From positions 1,792,001-1,856,000 of the forward strand of contig CBDCXV010000011.1 of NCBI GenBank assembly GCA_965223905.1: DNA of 64,000 bases, written 5' to 3'. The notes beneath the pieces are model-generated. The model searched no databases, was not told where the DNA came from, and was given only the letters and a program-made list of their open reading frames with translations. The number at the start of each line of letters is the position of its first letter. Within the stretch, counting starts at the first letter, position 1. The DNA comes from Candidatus Latescibacterota bacterium. Its GTDB lineage: Bacteria; Latescibacterota; UBA2968; UBA8231. Below are positions 8,741 to 17,351 of this stretch, piece after piece. A program made the position numbers and the translations under genes.

Positions 8741-10351
8741 ATGACTACAGAAGCCATGCGTTTCTTCAACACCGCCGGCCCGATCATCGCCGAGGATCAC
8801 TACCACGTCCCGCCGTTGCAGCGGCTGGACCGTGACGAGGTGCTGATGCTCATCCGGCAGCGGAAGTACTTCGTGCTGCACGCGCCCCGCCAGACCGGCA
8901 AGACCTCGGTGTTGCTGGCCCTATGCGATTTGCTCAACAGCGGCGCGGTGGGCGAGTACCGCTGCGTCTACGTGAACATCGAGGCCGCCCAAGCGGCACG
9001 CGAAGATTTGGAAACGGCGATGCGCGCCATCCTTAGCGAACTGGAACTTGGGGCGCTCGAAACGCTGGGCGACGAATCGCTGGCCGGCCTGTGGCGCGGC
9101 GTGCTGGAAAGCGCCGGTCCGGGCGGCGCGCTGCGTCAAGTGCTCGCGCGCTGGGCGGTCGCAGACCCGAAGCCGCTGGTGCTGCTGATCGACGAGATCG
9201 ACGCGCTCATCGGCGACACCCTGCTGGCGGTGCTGAGGCAGCTGCGCGCCGGCTATGTGCATCGCCCGCGCCGCTTTCCCCAAAACGTGATTCTGTGCGG
9301 CGTGCGCGACGTGCGCGACTACCGAATCCAATCGACCGCCGAGAACGCGATCATCGCCGGCGGCAGCGCCTTCAACATCCGCGCCGAGTCCCTGCGGCTG
9401 GGGGACTTCTCGCGCGACGACGTCGAGACGCTGCTGGGGCAGCACACCGCAGAGACCGGTCAGGCGTTCACGAACGATGCGCGCGCCGCCATCTGGGAGC
9501 TGACCCGGGGCCAGCCCTGGCTGGTCAACGCCCTGGCCTACGAAGCCTGCTTCCGGAACAAGGCCGGCCGCGACCGCAGCTGCGAAGTGACCGCTGGATC
9601 CATCCAGGACGCCCGCGAGCAATTGATCCTCCGCCGCGAGACGCACCTCGACCAGCTCACCGACAAGCTCCAGGAGGAGCGCGTGCGCCGGGTGGTCGAG
9701 CCGCTGCTGAGCGGCGCCGGCAGCGCCGGCTCGATGGTCGCCGACGACCTGCAGTACGTGCGCGACCTCGGCCTCGTGGCGCAGGACGGCCCCGTCCGCA
9801 TCGCCAACCCGATCTACCGCGAGGTGATCCCGCGCGACCTCACCTGGACCACGCAGGAGATGTCGATCCACCACGACCCGGCCTGGTACCTGGACGAGCG
9901 CGGAGCCCTGGAGGCGGGCAAGCTGCTGGCCGCCTTCCAGGAGTTCTTCCGCGAGCACTCCGAGCACTGGGTGGAGCGCTTTCAGTACAAGGAGGCCGGA
10001 CCGCAGTTGCTGCTGCAGGCTTTCCTGCAGCGCATCCTCAACAGCGGCGGCCGCATCGAGCGCGAGTACGGCCTGGGGCGCATGCGCACCGACCTGCTGC
10101 TCATCTGGCCGGTTCCCGGAGGTGCGGGCGAAACGCAGAAGGTCGTCATCGAGTGCAAGGTGCTGCACCGGGGCCTCGACCGGACCCGGCGCGAAGGGCT
10201 CGAGCAGACGCGCGCCTACATGGAGCGCTGCGCCGCGGCGGAAGGGCACCTCGTGCTCTTCGACCGCACCGAGGGCAAGTCGTGGGACGACAAGCTGTAT
10301 CGCCGCGACGAAACCGAAGGCGGCGCGCCGGTCACGGTGTGGGGAATGTGA
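8741..10351 (+). CDS. AAA-family ATPase with C-terminal PD-(D/E)XK-like nuclease domain, copy B (intact)
   Basis: ATG at 8741 after AGGAG; same motifs as copy A, ends VTVWGM; tandem paralogue of 7070-8699. Confidence 0.9.
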   Translation: MTTEAMRFFNTAGPIIAEDHYHVPPLQRLDRDEVLMLIRQRKYFVLHAPRQTGKTSVLLALCDLLNSGAVGEYRCVYVNIEAAQAAREDLETAMRAILSELELGALETLGDESLAGLWRGVLESAGPGGALRQVLARWAVADPKPLVLLIDEIDALIGDTLLAVLRQLRAGYVHRPRRFPQNVILCGVRDVRDYRIQSTAENAIIAGGSAFNIRAESLRLGDFSRDDVETLLGQHTAETGQAFTNDARAAIWELTRGQPWLVNALAYEACFRNKAGRDRSCEVTAGSIQDAREQLILRRETHLDQLTDKLQEERVRRVVEPLLSGAGSAGSMVADDLQYVRDLGLVAQDGPVRIANPIYREVIPRDLTWTTQEMSIHHDPAWYLDERGALEAGKLLAAFQEFFREHSEHWVERFQYKEAGPQLLLQAFLQRILNSGGRIEREYGLGRMRTDLLLIWPVPGGAGETQKVVIECKVLHRGLDRTRREGLEQTRAYMERCAAAEGHLVLFDRTEGKSWDDKLYRRDETEGGAPVTVWGM

Positions 10352-10427
10352 GCGGTGCCGGGCGGGCCGAGGCGAAAGGCCCGATGAAGGCGATAATCCA
10401 TCCATGAGCGCGATTCTCCCCATCAAT

Positions 10428-11419
10428 TTCGAAGCCGACTTCGGAAAGCGCGGGGGCGGACTCGAGGCGGCTTGAGCTATGCGACGTTCTCCCCCCGCTT
10501 CTCGGCGAACGACCTCGGGTTCATACGCCGCTCGGACTTCCACCGGCTCGGCCCCTGGGTCGAGCTGCAGGGGTACAGGCGGAAAGGCATTCTGCGGCGC
10601 AGGTTCCTCGACCTGGGAGGGGGCTATCGCTGGAACTACGAGGGCCTGGCACTGGAAAAAGAGATCGAGGTGAATGCCTACCTGGAGACCACTTTCTACT
10701 GGTGGCTCGGTTTCGGCTATACGCACGCCTTCCCGGTTTTCGACGATCTCGGGACCCGCGGCGGACCGCCGATCCGGCGGCCGCGGGGCAACAGCATCTG
10801 GATCGACGTCGAAACCGATGACCAGCGCATCCTGATTGCCGAGGCGGGTTTTTTTTGGGACGGCAACAGCGCCGGCAGCCGCTGGCGCAGTATCGAGGCG
10901 GACCTGCGCTGGCGTGCCGGCGACCGCCTCAGCATCCGCATGGGGCCGGAATTCCGCTGGAACGAGGACAACGGCCAGTGGCTGGCCAACCTCGACGAGG
11001 ACGGAGACGGGGCGCCGGACCGGTTCATCTACGGGGAGCTGGAAAGCAGGGTGCTCGAATGGGCCACCCGCTTCGACCTGCTGTTCTCCCCCGACGCCAG
11101 TCTGCAGCTGTACATGCAGCCGTTCGTCGCCACCGGGGATTACGGCGCCATCAAGGAGCTGACCGCCCCGAAATCCTACCGCTTCTCTCCGTACGAGGAG
11201 TACCGGTCCAACCCCGACTTCAGGCGTCGCTCCCTGCGCAGCAACCTCGTATTCCGCTGGGAGTACGCGCCCGGGAGCACGCTGTTTCTCGTCTGGGCGC
11301 AATCGCGCAGCGCCTTCGACGACGACCCCCGCCTCGGAGCCGGCGACCTTGCCGCCAGTTTCTCCGACGACGGCGACAACATCTGGCTCGCCAAGGTCAA
11401 CTACTGGCTGCGTCTTTGA
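10428..11419 (+). pseudogene. 5'-truncated DUF5916-like outer-membrane beta-barrel gene, copy 1
   Basis: NDLGFIRRSD, DDLGTRGGP, LQLYMQPF, LRSNLVFRWEYAPGSTLFLVWAQ and terminal AKVNYWLRL. No signal peptide. Upstream codons EADFGKRGG lie in another frame. Confidence 0.7.
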
Positions 11420-11468
11420 ACGGGGTGGGCAACCCGGAAGACCTGACGCCAATAGGGGCCGCACCCTT
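11018..11468 (+). repeat. 451-bp direct repeat, copy 1 (copy 2 at 12797-13247)
   Basis: By-eye alignment shows identity except 11446 G vs 13225 A. Offset 1779 bp. Covers the barrel-gene 3' end plus 49 bp downstream. Confidence 0.9.
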
Positions 11469-11631
11469 CTCCCGAATCCTTTGCCCGGTCCGGAGTCATG
11501 GTGTCCCGCCGACGGAGCCGGCTTTTTCAACGCCGGGCTGCCGATTCTGTCAGCCAAACAGCGCCGCCGCCGGTTCACGGCGCGAACCGGGTCCCTGTTC
11601 GAGTGCTCGCGGCCTGGGCATCGCAAATGGT

Positions 11632-11660
11632 TTGACAACCGCACCCATATGTGCTGGAAT
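11632..11660 (+). promoter_or_regulatory. Sigma70-type promoter of hicAB with a palindromic operator in the spacer
   Basis: TTGACA (11632-11637), 17 bp spacer, TGGAAT (11655-11660). Spacer contains GCAC-ccatat-GTGC. hicA ATG is 6 nt further on. Confidence 0.6.
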
Positions 11661-11666
11661 GGATTC

Positions 11667-11873
11667 ATGAACGACAGGGAGTTTCTCAGACGAGCCCGGC
11701 GATATGCCCGCAGGCACAGGCTGGACTTCGACTTCGCTTCCAGCCGTGGCAAGGGCAGTCACGGAGAGGTCCGGGTCGGCGCCTGCAGGACTACCGTTCC
11801 GCATGGAGAAATTCCTACAGGCACACTGGTCTCGATGCTGAAGGACCTGCACATTGATAGGAGGGAGTTATAA
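11667..11873 (+). CDS. hicA: Type II toxin HicA family
   Basis: 68 aa basic protein with RGKGSH...TTVPHGEIPTGTLVSMLKDL, directly upstream of hicB. Confidence 0.85.
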   Translation: MNDREFLRRARRYARRHRLDFDFASSRGKGSHGEVRVGACRTTVPHGEIPTGTLVSMLKDLHIDRREL

Positions 11874-11876
11874 ATC

Positions 11877-12365
11877 ATGCGCTACGCCTATCCTTGCAGT
11901 ATCGTCCGCGATGAGGAAGAAGAACGAGCGACTGGGAGGGAAGCCTACAACGTGACCTTCCCGGATGTATACGGGGCCAACACAGGCGGATGGTCACGGG
12001 AAGATGCCCTGGAGTTGGCCGAGGATTGCCTGGGGATTGCCTTGGGCATGTACGTCAAGGCCCGTGAAGACATCCCTGCTCCCAGCCCCCCGGCAGATGG
12101 TCAGGTGCTGATCTCCGTGGCGCCCATCGTCGCAGCGAAGCTGGCCCTTTATGCGGCGATGCGGGAACAAGGCATTACCGACGCCGCCCTTGCCGTCCGG
12201 CTGGGCCTGCAAGACAACGCAGTTCGCCGGCTTCTCGATCCGGGGCATCGATCTCACATTACTTCGGTCGAGAAGGCCCTCCGAGCAGTTGGGCGCTCCC
12301 TGGTGGTGGAGGATAGGGCCGCGGTCCAGTATCCTGAATCCGCTGTCGCCGTGACGTCGACCTGA
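11877..12365 (+). CDS. hicB: Type II antitoxin HicB family with C-terminal HTH
   Basis: MRYAYP, YNVTFPDV.GANTGG..REDAL, IPAPS, AAKLALYAAMREQG...VRRLLDP.HRS. Confidence 0.9.
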   Translation: MRYAYPCSIVRDEEEERATGREAYNVTFPDVYGANTGGWSREDALELAEDCLGIALGMYVKAREDIPAPSPPADGQVLISVAPIVAAKLALYAAMREQGITDAALAVRLGLQDNAVRRLLDPGHRSHITSVEKALRAVGRSLVVEDRAAVQYPESAVAVTST

Positions 12366-12387
12366 CAAACTTCCCCGGAACCCCCAG

Positions 12388-13198
12388 GTGTTCGATACCC
12401 CCCTTCGACCTCTTCTACTCACGCCGCATAGGCCGCTCCCCTCCCGCTTCCCGATCCCGCCCGGCGCCGAAGAGATCGAGCGCCCCCACTTCACGACCAT
12501 CCTCGAGGCGTCCAAGGTCATCGGCCGCACCTCCGGGGGAAGACCTTCGGACTGCTGCAGCCCTGACCGCCGATCCGGGTGCCCCGCAACAGCAGCATCT
12601 GGTTCGGTTTCGAAACGGATGACCAGCGCACCCTGATTGCCGAGGCCGAGCTCCGTTGGGCCGGCGCAGTCTCGAGGTGGACGTCCGCTGGCGGGCCGGC
12701 GACCGCCTGAGCGTCCGCATGGGGCCGGAGTTCCGCTGGAACGAGGACAACGGCCAGTGGCTGGCCAACCTCGACGAAGACGGAGACTGGGCGCCCGACC
12801 GGTTCATCTACGGGGAGCTGGAAAGCAGGGTGCTCGAATGGGCCACCCGCTTCGACCTGCTGTTCTCCCCCGACGCCAGTCTGCAGCTGTACATGCAGCC
12901 GTTCGTCGCCACCGGGGATTACGGCGCCATCAAGGAGCTGACCGCCCCGAAATCCTACCGCTTCTCTCCGTACGAGGAGTACCGGTCCAACCCCGACTTC
13001 AGGCGTCGCTCCCTGCGCAGCAACCTCGTATTCCGCTGGGAGTACGCGCCCGGGAGCACGCTGTTTCTCGTCTGGGCGCAATCGCGCAGCGCCTTCGACG
13101 ACGACCCCCGCCTCGGAGCCGGCGACCTTGCCGCCAGTTTCTCCGACGACGGCGACAACATCTGGCTCGCCAAGGTCAACTACTGGCTGCGTCTTTGA
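12388..13198 (+). pseudogene. Fragmented DUF5916-like beta-barrel gene, copy 2
   Basis: Frameshifted internal piece VFDTP/FDLFYSRRIGR...TTILEASKVIGRTSGG/TFGLLQ, then a deletion jump to PPIRVPRNSSIWFGFETDDQRTLIAEAE, then a C-terminus matching copy 1. Confidence 0.75.
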
Positions 13199-13247
13199 AC
13201 GGGGTGGGCAACCCGGAAGACCTAACGCCAATAGGGGCCGCACCCTT
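12797..13247 (+). repeat. 451-bp direct repeat, copy 2
   Basis: Matches 11018-11468. Confidence 0.9.
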
Positions 13248-13367
13248 GGTGTGGGACTTTCCGGCTTTGGGAAACGCGGACCGAGGGCGCCAGCGGCCGC
13301 ACTCTTTGGTTCGGGGGACTGTGCCGGCCCTTGCGGATGACGAGGACGGACGGCAGCGGCGGGCTGC

Positions 13368-14747
13368 TCAGGACGGCCCCTGATCCTGGCGGCGCTGCCG
13401 CTTCTCCTGCATCTCGCGGGCGAGCCGCTCGAGGTTGGCGGCCGTGCTCGGCCTCGGGGCCTCCTCCCGCTCCCCCGACGGCTCCGTTTCCTCGACCTCC
13501 TCGCGCTGGTGGAACCCGAAACGGGCAGGGATGTCGCGGCGCTGGATGCGCCCGAGGACGGAGGCCAGCTCCTTGAGGCTGGCGGCGTTGTGGGCCGGGG
13601 CGAACAGATCGATGTGCGGCAGGGCGGCGCGCATGCCGCGGGTGTCGGGGCGGTACTCCTCGGAGCCGAGCAGCGGGTTGAGCCAGATCACCGCCAGGGA
13701 GCGGCGGTGGATGTCGCGCATGGCATCGCGCAACAGGTCGATGTCGCCGGTGTCCCAGCCGTCGCTCAGCAGGATGACCGCGGTCTGGTGGTCGAGCAAG
13801 CTGTCGCCGAATCCGTCGAGGAACGTCTGCAGGGAGGCGCCGATGCGCGTGCCCCCCGACCACTGCGGCACCTCCCGGGAGAGCGCGGCCAGCACCTCGT
13901 CGAGGTCCTCGTTGGCCAGGGTGTCGGTGACCCGCCGCAGGGAGGTGCTGAAGACGAAGGTCTCGACGCGCCGGCAGGCGAGCTGGAAGGCGTAGACGAA
14001 CTGGATGAGGAAGCTGCTGTAGAGGTCCATCGAGCGGCTGACGTCGCACAGCAGCACCAGCTTCAGGCGCCGGCGGCGGCGCTGCCTGAAGCTGAGATCG
14101 ACGAGCTCGCCGCCGCGGCGGAGATTGCGCCTGAGGGTGCGCCGCAGGTCGAGGCGGCCGCGGCGGGAGCTGTCGCGGTAGCGGCGGTTGAAGCGCCTGG
14201 CGAGGATCCGGGAGATCAGGGTGACCAGATGGCCGATCTCGTCGAGCTCGTCGGCGCGGAAGCCGGCAAAGTCCCGCCGGGCCATCACTTCGAAGGGGCT
14301 GTACCCGGCGGCCGGCTCCTCGTCGCCGGTCTTCTTCTCCCCCTTGAGCCAGGCGGTGACCGCCCTCAGCGCCGGCTGCTGTTCCGGTGCGCACGGATGG
14401 CGGATCTCCCTGTCCTCCTCCTCCTCTTCCCGCGCCCCCTGCCCCCGCAGAAGCTCGCCGGCGCGGTCCCAGACCTTCCAGTAGGAATCGAAAACCGAGT
14501 CGAAGATCTCCTGCTCCGGGCGGCTCTTGGCCAGGCAGGTCCTGAGCGCTTCGTAGAAATGCTGCCCGGTTCCGAGGTCGATTCGCTCCAGGGCGAGCAG
14601 GGCGTCGGCCGCCTCCGCCGCCCCCGGGCCGGCTCCCTCGCGGCGCAGCAGCCGGCAGAAGCCGACGACGTTGGCGCTCAGCTCCCCGCGCAGGGCGAGG
14701 TCCTCCGGTCCGGAAAATCCGCGGCCGTTCGAAGGTTCAGCGGCCAC
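13368..14747 (-). CDS. VWA domain protein, CoxE-like
   Basis: GRLDLRRTLRRNL..GGE, LCDVSRSM (MIDAS), VETFVFST, WSGGTRIG, LSDGWD, WLNPL. Confidence 0.9.
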   Translation of the reverse strand: MAAEPSNGRGFSGPEDLALRGELSANVVGFCRLLRREGAGPGAAEAADALLALERIDLGTGQHFYEALRTCLAKSRPEQEIFDSVFDSYWKVWDRAGELLRGQGAREEEEEDREIRHPCAPEQQPALRAVTAWLKGEKKTGDEEPAAGYSPFEVMARRDFAGFRADELDEIGHLVTLISRILARRFNRRYRDSSRRGRLDLRRTLRRNLRRGGELVDLSFRQRRRRRLKLVLLCDVSRSMDLYSSFLIQFVYAFQLACRRVETFVFSTSLRRVTDTLANEDLDEVLAALSREVPQWSGGTRIGASLQTFLDGFGDSLLDHQTAVILLSDGWDTGDIDLLRDAMRDIHRRSLAVIWLNPLLGSEEYRPDTRGMRAALPHIDLFAPAHNAASLKELASVLGRIQRRDIPARFGFHQREEVEETEPSGEREEAPRPSTAANLERLAREMQEKRQRRQDQGPS

Positions 14748-15687
14748 CGGCGGTCCTCGCCGCGGCCGGCCCCTCCTGAGCCTGCTCCGTTCCGGGAGGG
14801 GCCTTGGCGCGGATGCCGAGCTCTTCGAGGAACTCGGGAAGGGACTGCTGCATCTGGCGCACGTCCGTCCAGTCCTTGAACACCACCCCGAGGGTCTCCT
14901 CGACGATCCCGGGGTCGAGGTGGTTGCGGTGCAGGGCGACCAGGGCCTTGGCCCAGTCCAGGGTCTCGGCGACGCCGGGCACCTTCTCCAGCTTCTGCCG
15001 GCGCACCAGCGCCATGAAGCGGCAGATCTGGTCGGCGAGCTGCGCGTCGAGACCGTCGACCTTGCCGCGCACGATCGCCAGCTCCTTGTCGAACCCGGGG
15101 TAGTCGATCCACAGGTAGAGGCAGCGCCGGCGGATGGCGTCGGACAGCTCTCGGGTGCGGTTGGAGGTGATGACCACGTGCGGGATGTGGGTCGCGGCGA
15201 TGGTGCCGACCTCGGGGATCGAGATCTGCCAGTCGGAGAGCACCTCGAGCAGGAACGACTCGAACTCCTCGTCGGCGCGGTCGAGCTCGTCTATCAGCAG
15301 CACCGGCGGCCGGTGGTGGGTGATCGCCTCGAGCAGGGGCCGCTTGAGCAGGAAGGCCTCGCTGAAGATGTGGGACTGGCGCTCGTCGAGGCTGCGCTCC
15401 CCCCCTTCTTCGAGACGGATCTGGAGCAGCTGGCGCTGGTAGTTCCACTCGTACAGGGCGGTGCTGGTGTCGAGTCCCTCGTAGCACTGCAGACGGATCA
15501 GGTCGGTGTCGAGGGCCCGCGCCATCACCTTGGCGATCTCCGTCTTGCCTACGCCTGCCGGCCCCTCGACGAGGAGCGGCTTGTTCAGGGTTCGCGCCAG
15601 GTGAAGGGACATGGCGATGGCGGGATCGGCGACGTACTGCTGCTCGCGCAGCATCTTCTCGAGGCGCTCGGTTTCGGGATTCGCCAT
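14737..15687 (-). CDS. MoxR family AAA+ ATPase, CoxD-like
   Basis: PLLVEGPAGVGKTE, RLQCYEGLD...ALYEWNYQRQLL, LLIDELDRADEEFE, ELSDAIRRRC. Start taken at MANPETE. Confidence 0.9.
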   Translation of the reverse strand: MANPETERLEKMLREQQYVADPAIAMSLHLARTLNKPLLVEGPAGVGKTEIAKVMARALDTDLIRLQCYEGLDTSTALYEWNYQRQLLQIRLEEGGERSLDERQSHIFSEAFLLKRPLLEAITHHRPPVLLIDELDRADEEFESFLLEVLSDWQISIPEVGTIAATHIPHVVITSNRTRELSDAIRRRCLYLWIDYPGFDKELAIVRGKVDGLDAQLADQICRFMALVRRQKLEKVPGVAETLDWAKALVALHRNHLDPGIVEETLGVVFKDWTDVRQMQQSLPEFLEELGIRAKAPPGTEQAQEGPAAARTAGGR

Positions 15688-16017
15688 CGGCTTTCGTCGG
15701 CAGGTGGGGGAACCGGGATGGATGGGGATCCGTCTAGGCGGAACGGCCACTGCCCGGGTTGGACGGACGCCGCGGGTGCGCCTCGACGGGCCTAATATGC
15801 CTCCCCCAGGATGGGGTCGCAAACGGATTGCCGCCCCGGGGGCAGTCCGTATATTCCTGTCCTTTCTCAACTTAGCAGCCCGGATGGTTTATTCGACGGG
15901 CACCCGGGAGGTCGCGAAACCGATGAACCACCAGGGGGAGAATCACCGATTCCACGCCGCGGCCAGCAGGTTCGCGGCGAGCCGACCTCGACATACTGTT
16001 CATCCCTTTACCTCGGC

Positions 16018-17061
16018 ATGAGCTCGCACCCCCATCGCGGCCCTGTGCACGATCTCTTCGGCCGTCCGCTCGAAAGTCTGCGCCTCTCCGTCATCGACCG
16101 CTGCGACCTGCGCTGCGCCTACTGCATGCCGGAGGAGGACTACGCCTGGCTGCCCAAGGAGGACATCCTCTCCTTCGAGGAGATTGAGCGCACCGTCGAC
16201 GCCTTCGGCGAGCTGGGGGTGCGCAAGGTCCGCCTCACCGGCGGGGAACCACTCCTGCGCGGCGGCCTCGTCGATCTCGTCGCCCGCCTGGCCCGGCGTC
16301 CCGCGGTCGAGGACCTGGCAATGACGACGAACGCCACGCAGCTTGCCAAATGGGCCGAGCCGCTGCACCAGGCAGGGCTGAGCCGGGTAACGGTCAGTCT
16401 CGACACCCTCAACCCCGCCCGTTTCGAAACCCTGACCCGGCGCGTGGTCCTCGACCGCGTGCTCACCGGCATCCGCGAGGCTGTCCGCGTCGCCTTCTCC
16501 GACGTCAAGATCAACACCGTCATCATGCGGGGGTTCAACGACGACGAGCTCGTCGACCTGATCGAGTTCGGCAAGGAGGTCGGGGCCGAGGTCCGCTTCA
16601 TCGAGTACATGGACGTCGGCGGGGCCACCCTCTGGTCGATGGAGCGGGTCTTCTCCAAGGCGGACATTCTCGCGCGGCTCGAGGGGCACTACGGCGCCGT
16701 CGAGGCGGCCCCGGGCCGGGGGGCCGCGCCTGCCGAGCGCTTCCTCCTGCCCGACGGCACCTGTTTCGGCATCATCGCCTCCACCACGGAGCCGTTCTGC
16801 GCCACCTGCGACCGCAGCCGCGTCACCGCCGACGGCATGTGGTACCTCTGCCTGTACGCCAACGAAGGGTACAACCTGCGCGAGTGGCTGCGGGACGGGC
16901 TGACGCACCAGGATCTGATCGCACAGATCCGCCGTGTCTGGGAAGGCCGCAGGGACCGCGGCGCCGAGGAGCGTCTGAATGAACCGACGCGGGGGGCGCT
17001 CTACCACGTCGAAGAGCTGAAGGTCGACCCGCATCGCGAGATGCACACCCGGGGCGGATGA
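16018..17061 (+). CDS. moaA: GTP 3',8-cyclase MoaA
   Basis: Radical SAM CDLRCAYC, RLTGGEPLLR, FCATCDRSR...LCL and C-terminal GG. Confidence 0.95.
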   Translation: MSSHPHRGPVHDLFGRPLESLRLSVIDRCDLRCAYCMPEEDYAWLPKEDILSFEEIERTVDAFGELGVRKVRLTGGEPLLRGGLVDLVARLARRPAVEDLAMTTNATQLAKWAEPLHQAGLSRVTVSLDTLNPARFETLTRRVVLDRVLTGIREAVRVAFSDVKINTVIMRGFNDDELVDLIEFGKEVGAEVRFIEYMDVGGATLWSMERVFSKADILARLEGHYGAVEAAPGRGAAPAERFLLPDGTCFGIIASTTEPFCATCDRSRVTADGMWYLCLYANEGYNLREWLRDGLTHQDLIAQIRRVWEGRRDRGAEERLNEPTRGALYHVEELKVDPHREMHTRGG

Positions 17062-17186
17062 CGGCGCTCTGTGGGACGTTGGACTTTCAATGTGTGACGC
17101 GCCTCGGATTGCCGTTCGCCTGAGGGCGAACGGCCACGGATTCCGACCGATGACGGCGCTCTGTGAGGCGTTGGGAATTCCAGTGG
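17057..17186 (+). repeat. Imperfect ~35-bp direct repeat (17057, 17149) bracketing a perfect hairpin
   Basis: GATGACGGCGCTCTGTG is exact at both positions. Hairpin GCCGTTCGCC-tgag-GGCGAACGGC at 17111-17134. Confidence 0.7.
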
Positions 17187-17351
17187 GATGGAGGGCTCAC
17201 CTCCCACCTCCACCCGCCGAACTGCTACGGAACCGGGGCCCGCTCCCGCGTTCCGGGACGTGATTTCCAGTGCAGGCGGGGTTTCGGTATTGCCCGGCGC
17301 CATGAAGCCCGCTCCCCTGGCGACGGCCATCCGCCGCTGACCTGTAACAAG

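Noticed and set aside
7070-13247. Diversity-generating retroelement or shufflon explanation for the duplicated segments
   Set aside because: No reverse transcriptase or recombinase in the window, differences between copies are not adenine-specific, and the repeats are direct rather than inverted.
15690-16017. Moco riboswitch upstream of moaA
   Set aside because: I could not identify the conserved Moco RNA elements by eye; a covariance-model scan is needed.
17057-17275. Mini CRISPR array
   Set aside because: Only two good copies plus one decayed copy, degenerate 3' halves, about 55-bp or longer spacers, and no cas genes.
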